DNA of 64,000 nucleotides from Basidiobolus meristosporus CBS 931.73 (lineage: Eukaryota > Fungi > Basidiobolomycota), in assembly GCA_002104905.1 (NCBI GenBank), contig MCFE01000134.1, forward strand, positions 94,014 through 158,013, in the 5' to 3' direction. How positions within the stretch are numbered: the stretch's first letter is position 1; every line of letters starts with the position of its first letter. The notes under the pieces are model-generated. The model made no database searches. It saw nothing but the letters and a program-made list of their open reading frames with translations, and was not told the origin of the DNA. The position numbers and the translations under genes were made by a program. Below, one piece after another: positions 34,641-47,247 of this stretch.

Positions 34641-36849
34641 CTGGGTCACGCCACCTTCAAGCGCTGAAAACGGAAAAGTGTCCGGAGAATGAAGACTCCA
34701 GTTGCGAAGAATATCTTCCGCAGTTTGCAGGCATTTGTGGGAGAGTGTGAACAGATTATAGACGTGGTTCGGCAACGAGGTAACTCTATCTAGAGACCAG
34801 TAATAAAGAGGAGAAAAGGAGTTAGTTGGTGAGTAACCAAGACAACGAGACTCGTAGGAAATATTCACTTGGTGCGTACTTTTATCTTCAAATACCACCT
34901 CCTCAGAGAGTTGAAGGATTAAAGTGAATGCGGCTTTGAGATAATTTTCGTAACCATTCTAGTTGAATACAGACCACAAAGAGGTTAGTTCAGTTGGAGA
35001 TCGGAATGTTGCTTCCGCACCCGAATCGCCGGTTTACCTTTAAATCACCTGAGGTAAAGTCAGTGACAGCATTTTTAAGGACCTGCTCAAAGGCCGCCAT
35101 ATGTTGTCAAGATGCTAGCGATTGGTGTATGTTTTCAGTTGATGTGAAACTTTCTAGCCCCGGGCTTATTATCCTTCTATATAACTACTTTTTCTATTAG
35201 TTTCCTACTCGTAGGCTTCAGGCTGCAAACCAGAGGAATCCGCACTGACAGATACAAAGAAGAGATTTACTTTGGGGCTGTGACTTTTCACTAATTCAAA
35301 AAAAGGAGTAGTGACGGAAGGGCAAGCACAAAGAGAAAGGTGGGATGGAAGGGAAAGGCTACAAGAGGGACATGCCAATGATTAACAGAAATTATAAAGT
35401 ATAGGGTGCTCCCCTTCTAAACCAGATGTAGGTCTTCCATCGAAATAAGATCATTGCTCAACGGCTTTCATTGCATATCGACTGCTTGCATGTGTTATTA
35501 TTCAGATCCATACGGAATTTATTAAGATCTGTCCAAACTAAAACCACGTTCCATTGCTAATATATCAGGTTGATTGGAAATATAAACCAGCGGATCCAGT
35601 GTATTGCTTGTACCATGTGAATCCATCACCTTTACCAATACATAGCCCGATTTCCATTCGACTATCGGATCGTTTACAATTCCAGCGGGAAGTGAATACT
35701 GCTTCCCCCATATTTGGCAGTTTTTTAATTAGTCTCACCCTCAGATGCAGCCTGCCTCAACGCCATTGGTCCACATTAATCAGGCTGGGAGGGTGAGTGA
35801 GGGTAGGGGAGTGGGAGTGGGAGTGGCATTTAGGATGGTGGATGGAGATGACAAGAACACGTTTATTGAAGCGGCATGATCTAGGTACACTTCCATGCCA
35901 TGATATATATTTGCCGCTGGGTTACGTTTTGCATCACACCAAATGTTACATCACGCAGTGTTGAATCTAGCCCTAACTGTGTTCACATAAATGCTCCTAG
36001 AATCCTGAAAATATTTTGCATTTTGGCACAAAGTCATCCGAGACGAGTAAGACATTGGTTTCTTTCCTGTTCTGCGGCATCGGCAGTCTGGTATTTCTCG
36101 GTGCTTGAGGCAAAGCGATGAAGGGTATATCGGACACTCCCGCCTGGAGGTACGGACCCATCACTGCCGCCCTAGATTGCCAACAGCGATGGAGGAGTGA
36201 GGGCGAACATGGGCTCGATCCTATCCGATAACCAATGCTAACATATCCACAACTAATGGTCTTAAACGTGATAGGAACATATCAGCACACATGTTTAAGG
36301 AAGAAAGGTATGAGCGATAATATCATCCCTCCGCCCTAGCGTAGATCTTTGGAGCACGCCTGTCTCGGAGACAATTAGTCCAAATTTCGGATCTCCACCC
36401 CAGTGGCACCCGGGCTGTAGCTACGCCATTCTAGAGTTCATCCTTGCCCTGATTGATGCATGTAAGAACCTTGGGTTCGGATCGGTGTATAAGTGGAACA
36501 TTCACCTGTCAGCCCATGTTCTTCATCTGGGCTGATATCTCCCGCATTCCATAGAAACTGTTCACTCTCGCACTCACTTTGGATGGTTAATTGGTTTACC
36601 TTTAATACTGTTGAGATTGTGATAGTGAATGCGGACATAAGGTGAGGTAGCGGGAATGAAACTATTAACACGATGCTATGGCAAGCAATTGGGAGGTGGG
36701 TAGGCAAATGAGCTCCCACATAAATACAAGTGGTTCCAACGTCCTGTACACCAACGTGCGAAAGGAGCATTGGATTGGCTAACAAAAATATACATGTTTT
36801 GATCAATCAAGTAAATGGCTCAGTTAGCCACGAGGTTTCATTCGGTAAC

Positions 36850-39196
36850 TCAAGAACGAACTTTGGAAAAAATGTTCATTCGCCGCGTGAGTTGAGGAGA
36901 GCCTTGGGCGCGAAGAGGGGTACTCGGATGACTGGGATGGATTTTAGGGGATTCAGCGGCATGCTTGGCCAGAACATCTTCCCTTCCCACCTGCAGACTT
37001 CTTCGGCTCAATGCTTCAGCCAGATTCTCTCGCGACGCGTGGGAGAAGGAAATTACTTCCGGGTTTCCCTCGGATAAGCTGAATTCTACCTGGCTCATTG
37101 ATGCATGCCGAGGGTTGTGTTTAGGTGAAGGGGAGCCTTTGAGAACAGCTGGGATGCTGATAGGGGATTGGGTTGATTTAGGTGAGTGGCCGACCTCATC
37201 GAGTGAAGGGAGGGTGGAAGAAGTGGGGCTAAATAGAATTTCGGGAGCGGATGTGCATAGGCTGTGTCTATTTCTTGGTCGAAACGAGAATGAGGAGCGC
37301 TTATTATGAGAATTGATGTCCATTTCGTTGTAACGACTTCCCAAGCTGAGATGCAAATGCTGTTTGATGTTTCCAAGGGTATCCCTGATCCCATAGATAC
37401 TGTGTCTATCCATGTAGGCATCCTCAACACTGCTCGGGTTGGATGATGAGGACGAGATTACCGAGTTTTGTGAGGTAGCTGAGCTTATGCGGTCAGATGT
37501 TTTTTCGGTGGTCAGTTTTTTCAACTCCCGCTGAGCACTCAGCTCATCGACTTGTCGTTCAGGGATCCAGGTACGAGTGAGCAGGTAATGGGTGATAACC
37601 TGTTGAGCCGTGTGAAGGTCCTCTTCATTGAAGTCCTTTCTCCGCCGTAACAAGTGCATTCTCTCCCAACTACCGGATGAGTTGTCAAACGATTGGACGA
37701 AGTTAAAAAGCTTGGACTTAGGCTTGAGGTAGCTGGGGTGGGGGGTAGAGGAGTATTTGGGGCCCGCCAAGTAGCATCGCAGAACATTCAGCAAGTCTTG
37801 AACTCTGGGATCTCCTGCAGGGGTAAGCTTGCGCTCGGCGTTTAGCACGCCAGGAAATGATGCCGAGTGGCCAGATTTTGCGTTGACAGAGTTGGGAGTG
37901 GATCCAGAGTTTTTGACCGCGGCTAGCAAGTAAGTGATGTCCATAATGAACACGCCAAGAAATGGGATGGTTGGCTTGGTTACCGGGACAATTTGATGAT
38001 CGTCGAGGTCATGCTTTTTCAACACGCTGCCGTTTACCATGGTCTCGCGATATCTTTCATAATTGTCCTTCTCGCTCATCAGTTCTGTGAGTGACTCCAG
38101 TCGTGTCAGTGTTTTTTTAGGAATGCACGCCCAGGTCCGCTTTAGCCTTTGGATTGGTGGCGTCCCTGTTGCGCTTAGGACTGCTTTGAGGGTCTGGAAG
38201 TTATTTAGTTCATAGAGTCTGGCCGCGATCTTAGCCCAGTAGTTGAGGGTTTGTGCTCTATGTGAGGCTTCAGTAGGTGACAAAATAGAAACCTCAATAA
38301 TCCGAGTAAGATAGTTGAAGAAATCGGTGGAAGCAACGATGCTGGGGTGAGGGGTTCGTGGTGAATGGGTTAGCAGCGCCTCTGGTGGAATTCTTTGAAA
38401 TAGCGTGGATTCGATTAATGTAAGTTGATATGCAACAAGGTAAGAGGAAAACGAGGTGATGTCGGTGGTCGTGGATGCAAGATGTATTAGATTATTTACT
38501 TTTCCCAAAGTCGCTTGAGTTGATGATATAGTAGAGCACAGATGCTGGACAGCTTCGGCGTTATCATCTGTGTACTCCTCTGGTCCTTTATGCTGGGTCC
38601 CCATCTCAATCATCATATCATTCGCCGTCTGCAATTTCTCACTCAAAGAGGCAAACGATGTAATCAGCGGTGATCTGGGGATCCGAGGAACATGATCGGA
38701 AGGCTCGCTATCCTCTTCAAGAAACGGAGGTATCAGTATGTTTGGGTCAACACAGCCTTCGGGAACGATATTTATGTAGGTTCGCTGCTCAGGCAAAACC
38801 ATATTGGATGGAATGGGTATGGGGGACACATCAAACATCTTTATGTTTGGCGAATCAGGAGGCGATATGGTGAGCAGTGGTGAATCGAAATAAGGGCCAC
38901 AGTCCGAATCATCACCAGAGGTATCCATCAAATGCGCGGAGGGAACTGATAATACGCGCATTGGTTAAGCTGGTGTAATAGGTATGCGGGTGGCCAGTAC
39001 GATACTTACCTTCTGGAATATCTATATGAAGGGAGGATGTCTTGGCGGATGAAATGAAAGATTTTAAGGGCTTTGATGGTAACGGCTTGCGTCTTGGTGG
39101 GAAAGAAGGCAGCTGATCGATTTCTCGAAATTCCGGAGGGTTTAAAGGAGTCTGTCTATGCTGGGCGAGGGATTTAGGAGTGGCATTTTTGTCCAT
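36850..39196 (-). CDS. RasGEF (CDC25-domain) protein, 2 exons
   Basis: Exon 1 39196-39010 (MDKNATPK), intron 39009-38946 (GTAAGT...TTAAC...CAG), exon 2 38945-36850 in frame. Motifs YQLTLIESTLF, NNFQTLKAVLSA, IQRLKRTW, TIPFLGVFIMDITYL. Confidence 0.92.
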
Positions 39197-42100
39197 GATA
39201 TCTTGTGCTTCGTGAAGGCACCTGATGCACATATCAAATAGTAACCCAGACGCCGGGGGTCTTCTTGCAACTTCTATTCATTTAGCGAGGTTAGAGCTTT
39301 TTGAGCAAGCTGGCTTAGGAAGGAAAGCAGAGGTACCATTGTTATGGAAAACAGTGCTCCGAAGGGTCTTAACTGCAGCGTCCAGGGCATCGAAATATGC
39401 AAAATATGCATCCTAAGGTGTAGTAATGAGTGAACTGGGGTCACGCAATGTATGGACCGTACATAGTATACAAACCTCTACAAAGCCTTTGGATAGGCAG
39501 GACGCTGCTCTGTAAACGAGAGGCTGGAGTTCATCCATCAATTGAGAGGAGGAAATACGATATAGTAACGGTAACGGGCGCTCTGATGATTTAGTACGTT
39601 TATTAGATTGGAAGCGAGGTAAAGGTGGGAACGAAGGATATGTAAGCAGATGATATCAAATAGAAGAGAAATGTCACTACAGTAGCACAGGTGGCAGTAT
39701 TAATAATATTTGAAAACCCATATCATCAACTGTGTAGTATGGTCAACGCAGAAAGCAGTACTACAGCGGACTCTATTGAAAATAGTCATCCAGAATAGGT
39801 TTTTATGATGATCCTGCACCGCTCATTTGTTTCTGATTGAATAATGATCTCGGATGACGAAAGAGCAGATCATTATATTATATACTGAGCGAAACATGTC
39901 ATTTCATATCATAGAGCCGATGAAATCATTGCTACTGTAGCCAAGCACAAATGATGGATGACGCATGACCTTGTAACCAATTCCTGTTCGTTAAAGGTGC
40001 GTTTCGCCACATTCAACGGTGGTACAAATTTGACAAAACTGAGTTTAATGTCACCGACAACATCATTATGCTTGGTGACGGATTACATTGGAGAGACAGA
40101 TAGCTGGGGAGCGAGGTCATTGGCGTGCAGACAAGTGTTAAATTCCCGCTTACCAAGTGATATCGCCAAATCAGGTTTTATCCTCTGCGGGTGATCTTAA
40201 TCAGCCCCTAAACATTGGATTTGATGAGGATGAAATGTCGAACCCGCATCCGTACCACTGTCCACTTTTCTATAGGAATGTCTACAACAGGATTCATTAT
40301 GTGCGATGAACACCGTTGAGACCAACTATTGAATAATGAAGCCTCCACTGATGGATTTGCAGCACAAGATTGCCAAGATTAGATGTACATTTACATTTAC
40401 CTCGGATGAGGCTTGCTCCTGCCCCTTTTCTCGGCTCACAAATCCTAATCGGATTATCTTGGGCTTGGCTGTACCGGTATTGCCATTCCAAGATCCCCTG
40501 TGCCATGGCTGTAGGGGGAGGTAAACTGATCTTGGGGGAGGTCCATCTCCTGGCAAAATGATTGACTTGCTGGATGTTGCGTACAGAGCTTCACAACAAT
40601 CAATAACATGCCTCGAGTAGCATTTACACCTGGCAAAGACCACAGTGAGCGAGCTTTCGACGGTTATCCAAGATTGTTCTAGAGGCGGCTTACGGCCCGG
40701 AACCCATTAGTTACTGATTGGTTAATAGAAAGCGTCTATAGAGGAACCGTGTCTGCCAACAGCTATGGCCATCACTTTGAATATTGAAAGCATTTTTTGG
40801 AGCTGCCTTTCTTGAATTTCACGAAGCTGCAGCAACGGGAATCCTGCAGAATTTCTTCCCCCATTAATCGGTAGGACTTGGACTAGAACTCCCGAATCCT
40901 GCATGCAGTTTGCCGGATCAACTATTTTCATGGACGAAGCGGAAATTAGCATCAACCTTGTCGGCCAATCCTGGGCCAATAAAAATCTCTTGCAGTCCAA
41001 TTTAGACCATGGACTGCTAACGGAGACTTTCTACTGGTCCACTGATTCAACTCGACGTAATACTCAACGTGGCTTGCCAAGCGGTGCTGCACTTTAAGAA
41101 TTGGGCTTCAATCGATTCTATTTTAGCAAGTAGATTAAGTTAAGCTCAGATTTTGGCCTTAATCGGTTAGTGGGAGAGGAAATACCAACCTGAAGGTTAG
41201 GCCAATGAATGCGCCGTACACAGTCATGAGCAAGTTTATTCATGTGGGTGAGCAAAAGGCGATACTAAACACCATGAACCTAACTAAGCATTAGCCATCG
41301 TGATTGTACGATTCCAGGCAAAAATACGCCGATTTTCCCCATGAATCGATGTTTCACTCGCTTAGTCGTACTGAGCTTAATCGAGCTCAGATCAATACGC
41401 TCGTAAAACATTTTTAACGATCACTGTCCAACGCCGCTGAGACCGGGAGTTTATTTAGCAAAGGGGGAAACAAACTGGTTTAGAAATCTCACATCTAGCA
41501 GCATTTCCCATACAAAACAGTGCCACCACGAGCACTTCTATAAATTGGTCAGTTGTATCATGCAGGTAGCTTCCACCACAAGAACCAGTCGAGTGAAACC
41601 GTTCTGAATATGTATTCTAAACAAAGTGATTCAGGCCTGTGTGGCCAGTATCTTGCGGAATTCTTCAACACGCCAGAATGGCTCATCATGGTTTCATCGC
41701 ACCGATTGTTGTGGATAGCTAAAGTTTTCGGGGTGACACGAATGGCAACTGGTACAGCGATTCATTTGCTCAATCAGTAATTTATCTAACTTGAATATGT
41801 GATGTGGGGAGTTGTCAATCTTACAACTGTAGTATATCAGCATAATTAGCGGAGTTTCGCTAGTAGTGGTGGAGGAGAGGCATGTCTTGCGGATATTTGA
41901 ATCCTTGAGCTGTAAACAGTACTGATTTGTTGGAAAGCATTGTGTTACGTCTATTTATGGGAAGAAGTTGGCCCCACGCTTCAACTGTTGTAGTTGAATG
42001 ATTCTATTATGCATTTGCCATGATCCTACATTCCTTGCACCAGTTTCTACCAGTACAGCTGACTCTACTCAGCTCTAGAAGTGTTCCATTTTATTGCCAT

Positions 42101-42484
42101 ATCAGGATCTAGGTAACACTGTAGTCAAAAAGATAGGATAACATTGAAAAGCTTATTGATAGGAGTGTCGGTGTATTTGTTAGGGTTTATTATCATATAG
42201 GTTTGAGTTGAGGGTATAGCACATGGGGCATTCACAAATCTTTGAACGGGTAGTGGCGAAAGGTGGTCAACGTCAAAACAAATAATTGCATAGCATGCAA
42301 TCCATCCAACATTCCGTTCAATGATTGAATGGCAGGCTGAAAATGGTGAATCCATGGGTATTGTGTGCTCTCATGAACGACTCACAAGAACATTGTATAG
42401 AGGGGTGCTGATAAGTGATAAATAATAGTGCTGTTATGGCCAGGAGGGAGCTCGTGCCCTGAAACCATGGAGCGCATTGTGGGC

Positions 42485-44795
42485 CTAATCGTGGGATATT
42501 GTAGACAGATATTCGTGCGAACCTTGATCGCTTTCTCTTACATACGAAAACCCAAAGAACAGATCGTCTTCATTTTCGTTGTACAACGAATCATCAGATG
42601 CGTTGGGGAAATTGGATAGGCTGCAGTGTTCGTCGATTGGCTCTGACGAGAACGCTGGGTCAATATATCGGAGATCAAGCAGTCCACACTAGAATGAATT
42701 AGCGTCTGTCCTCATTGCATTACGAGTCTTGTTCTTACCACATCCGGTTTCCATGGAGGCTCATAGCCTTGTCTCAACAGACAATCCCAGTCAATGCCCT
42801 GTTGAAAAATGAGGATTTGGTATTAATGTACATCGAGCTACATGTGAGAGCAAAACCCACCTCAAAGTATCGATGGATTTTAACATTGTTGGATCCACTC
42901 GGTCCCCCACCCAGTCTGGTTTTCGGGTTGCGGTCCATGAGCTAATATGACATTAGAAACGGTGAAGCATCGAGTCGTTCGGAATGAAACACAGACCCTG
43001 GATATGAAGGATCTTGTCGTGGAGCTGATGTTTGGCGGAAATCTTAGTCTTTCGCTGAGAATGCGCTCGTACATGTCCGAATTATCAGGAGAATAATACG
43101 GCGGCTACTCATAAGGCTAGGTTAGTCATATCCCTGGCTATTCAGGCATTCCAAGTGGAATTTACCAATCCAGAGAGCATTTCATAAAGCACTGCTCCTA
43201 AGCAGTACCAATCAACCGTTTTATCGTAACTCAGATGTTTAAGGACTTCGGGGGCTACAGAGAAATAGGTCAAATCTAGCCGTACCGTGAAAGGCCACGA
43301 AACCTGCTCACCTAGATACTCCGGAGTGCCGCAAAATGTGGATGTGGTTCCATCATCGTTGAGGATCTGCTTAGCGAGTCCAAAATCCACCAGCCGTATA
43401 TGCCCTGAACGTTGCGAATTTAGTCACGAGCCATCCAAAATGAACCTCGAAGACGCTACCTTTCCAATCAAGAAGACAGTTTTCAGGTTTCAAATCTCTG
43501 AAACAAAGTTTTTAGGAATCATGTACACGAAAACCTCGATGATAGGCTTACCTGTAAATGACATTCATAGAATGAAGATATTCTAGAGCAGAGGCGATTT
43601 CGGCCACATAAAACCTAGCCCTATCTTCCGAAAAGCGTTGCGTTTGTTGCAAATGGTAAAAGAGCTCACCACCATTGATGTAGTCAATGCAAAAACAGAG
43701 CTTTTCTGGTGTTTGGAAAGCATACTGTAGCCCGACAAGGAATGGGTGGTTTATGTTCTGCCTCAGTACATTGCGCTCTTGGTTGGGATACAAATTCATT
43801 AGCCAGGTTTCAAATTGGCAATATTCCAAGATTCCTACCAGCCATGATCCTCTGAATATCGCTAGGCTTCTGGCGGATTTGTTTTTTTGAAATGGATTTA
43901 ATCGCAAGCAATCTTCCGGAATCCTTGTGCCGGGCAAGCATCACCTAGCCGATCAAATCGCTCAGATTGTGCTGACACGAGAGCCCGCATAACAAGGATT
44001 ACCTTTCCATAGCTGCCTTTACCGATTACCTTGAGCAGTGAAAAGTCATCCAGTCCTGGTGAAACATTCCTTTGTATTTTGGAGTCTGTACAAGTTACGT
44101 ATGCTGAAGATCTGCTGGTAAGCTTTCTTCGCTTGGCCGAAGATCTTTTACTTTTAAACCCTAGTTTCTGCTTTGCGGCTTTGAATGAAAGTGCTCTACG
44201 TTTTGTGCAGCTACTTGATGTTGTGGATTGATGATCACTCTCCTCGGAATTGTCGTTAGTAAGGGCGTTATAGAGACTCTCCTGGTCAATGGAGGTGCCC
44301 TGGAAAAACTCGCAAACTGGTTCAGAAGTACAAAGTACGGGGTCCTCTGAAATCTCCTTCAAATACAAATCAAGTCGCTGACGCCGTGCGTATACAAATG
44401 CTGGGGAGATGTTACTTCCAATCAACCGTTTTGGCGGAAACGAGGGAAGTCGAATACGAGGGAATAAGTTTTGGAGCTAGCAATAATCCAAGGTAAGTTG
44501 GGCGTATTTAAAATGCGAAGGATACATTATAACCCCAGGTTTTTACCTCGCGGTGAAGCTTGTGAAACTCGCTGTATCTCTTCGAAATGAACCATTGTAC
44601 AGGGCCGTTGGTAACCGATATCTTATAAACGGTGAATTTCTTGTTTGGTTTGTGGCGGTCAGCCTTAGTTTCGGTGCCGAATATGAAAGCGTGCAGATAG
44701 CTACAAGAGGTATCGGTACTCCTTACGTTTGGTTCAAAATTGAAGAAGGATTTGATATCTCCTCTTAATAAGAGCTGCTTGAGTGTTCCAGGCAT
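42485..44795 (-). CDS. PX-domain AGC Ser/Thr kinase, SGK3/CISK-like, multi-exon
   Basis: PX: FTVYKISV...[10 protein letters not shown]. Kinase: [20 protein letters not shown]...[19 protein letters not shown]...[10 protein letters not shown]. Hydrophobic motif FFGFSY. ATG at 44795, stop at 42485. Confidence 0.92.
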
Positions 44796-45932
44796 TTGTA
44801 CGCTATCTATCAAAATTTTCTTATTGAATTCTATTTTCTGCTTGGTCCTGGTTGGGAGTATCTTGCAACAAGTTACAGCAAGGAGATTTACTCCTTACTA
44901 CGCTGGCGAACGAAATAAAGTATTTGCAGAATCTTCCTAGCTACTGGCGGGCTGTTAACTACGATCTCCAACACTGGCAAAACTGTGTCTACTTTAAAAA
45001 CAAATCAAGAAATATGAGTATACAAAGAAAGGGAGAGAAAGAGGAGTTGGGGGAAAAGAAGGCTTGGTGCTGAACCCAGCCAAGATATTTCGGTGGAGTC
45101 TGCATCAGGAGTGGTGGAATAGATGAGGATAAACGTGATATTAATGCTACAATTAGGGGAATTTCACTGCATATAGCCACTGAATACGCATTTCGTGGAA
45201 TTGATAGGATCAATATACATCTATTTGGTTGCGAAAAGGAGAGCCCATCAAGAACGACTCCAAATACAGCGAATCCAGGAAAACAACAATCCAGCATATT
45301 GCTGAACATGAGTGGATGTCTCCGGTGCAGTAGTACATACGATCGTATCGGAACATCACCCGCTACGCTCGGAGCTGCGGGCTCGCTGATTTTGTGGCAA
45401 CTGGGCGACTACACTAATAAGTAGCGATGTATTCTAATGGAATCTGTCTCACTGTACTGCTATAATCGCCACAGTAGAGTATGCAGAGAATTGTAAATGC
45501 GAAGGGGTACTGTTTTTATTCTTTGGCTGGACCGAAGCAGGTAATAGTTCCAGTTCTCGAAGAAACCTTATCTCTTCGCCCACCAAACATTTCCTTCATG
45601 CACTGGTCCAATAGTACACCCACCAGTGGGCTGGAATATGCAAAAATGCATAGCACCGTCTGAAACTGGAGAGCTTTCCAGCACCGCATATTCATGGACC
45701 ATATAATCACCCAGATCAGACACTGGGTCTCTGGAATGGCACAAATATGGTACAATCCTGATTAGAAGAGTGCCTTGAACCGTTGGCGCCGGTACTCCAG
45801 AGCAAATCGGAATATTTATATTAAATACGTAGAGGATGGAGGGATCCCAATTGGAGTCATTAAACTGGCCATTCTATATTGATATCTTGGAGGGTATTTG
45901 CTAGTAAACAAGCATGCGGTAGAGTACATGTT

Positions 45933-46391
45933 TTAACAATTGGTTTGAGATGGACAAAGGGCAACCGGTGGGGGCGTCAAATATTTCCCGTATTTACTGT
46001 CCCGAGGATGGCCCGTAGGTTGCTTATTATCACTTCGTGGCAGTGGAGTATTATCAGAAGAGACCCCATATTTTTGGCGAATATAATCGCCAGCCCTGTA
46101 TGTCTTTTTGATATTTAGATTTGATTCAGATATACTGATCACTTTAGCGGGTTGAAAAAAGAACTTTCGCAATGCCCAGCAAGAGCCTAGTATTAGTAGG
46201 CCTAATATGATGGCACTCAGTAGTATGATCATCGCAATTATAAGCGCCTGGTTTAGGTTGGTGCGATCGTAGTTGACCTGAGAAGAATCAACATCAATTT
46301 TCACCGGCAATTCGTCACCACTTGTGTCAATGGGATTCCCTTGCACCTTGGTCCATGCCCCAATGAATCCATAAAATATAAAGAGCTTCAT
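45933..46391 (-). CDS. Small single-pass membrane protein, hypothetical
   Basis: 152-aa ORF with a signal-like N-terminus and one strong TM helix (ALIIAMIILLSAIILGLLILG) followed by basic residues. Confidence 0.55.
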   Translation of the reverse strand: MKLFIFYGFIGAWTKVQGNPIDTSGDELPVKIDVDSSQVNYDRTNLNQALIIAMIILLSAIILGLLILGSCWALRKFFFQPAKVISISESNLNIKKTYRAGDYIRQKYGVSSDNTPLPRSDNKQPTGHPRDSKYGKYLTPPPVALCPSQTNC

Positions 46392-47247
46392 AGTGGAAGA
46401 GCAATCCCGGTTTAATTCGCTTAAGGTGTCAGGAGGCTACTTTCTGGCTTACGGGTCTTCTGTGTAGATGATAGATCGAAGTGGTATAGCACGCAAGGTA
46501 TATATCGCTAATTGATCAATATACTCAAACAATCATTTTGCACCGTCTTTCTTGGAGCTTTATAGGCTAAATCCGTCTCCTCATCATGCGTATGTAGGCA
46601 CAGCCTCTCCATCAACTTCTACAAGACACTTCTGCGCATTGCCGATTACCCACACAGTTGTTTTTAGCATGCTGCCTCACGACTATTGGCTTTCTCTCGA
46701 TTTCTTCAAACAACTACCTTCGTCAACTGCTCATGAAAAACCGCTATGGTTCAGTATCATATGCGTAATTTTTGATCGCTGATTACTCGTGGTTGCAAAC
46801 TACATTGAATACAAACCATCTGTGACAACTACCTTGCATGATCATCAACAAAAAATGTTTTAACCAAATAGAGGACATATTCCATCATGCTAACCTAATA
46901 ACCACTTGGCATCACAATTCTCTGTGCAGACATTAGTCATAACAAGCTGCCCTAATACCAATCATCTCATTTAAGGTATGGATTTTTCCACCTGTCATTC
47001 CTAAATCGGCTGACAGTCCAGTCATTTAGAGGACCGGTCTTCAGAGTACCCAGCATAGACAACCAGCAGGTATGCTACACTCTATTAAGCACAACCAAGC
47101 TTGGTGGTCAGGATTGCTCTCGGCAACATGAAGTTGAAGTGTATTTTAGTGTCTATATTACATATAATATTGAACAACCCTACGATTAGAGTACTATATA
47201 TGAAGAGAAGGAGAGTACATATATGTACCTCGCCATAGCCTATGTTC

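Noticed and set aside
34641-34898. N-terminal 86 codons of the 2151-aa track ORF
   Set aside because: The ORF opens at a non-ATG codon; the first ATG is at 34640. An upstream exon cannot be excluded.
41371-41390. Hairpin CTGAGCT-TAATCG-AGCTCAG, and GTGTTGA-C-TCAACAC at ~5815
   Set aside because: 7-bp stems are expected by chance in 64 kb and have no supporting context.
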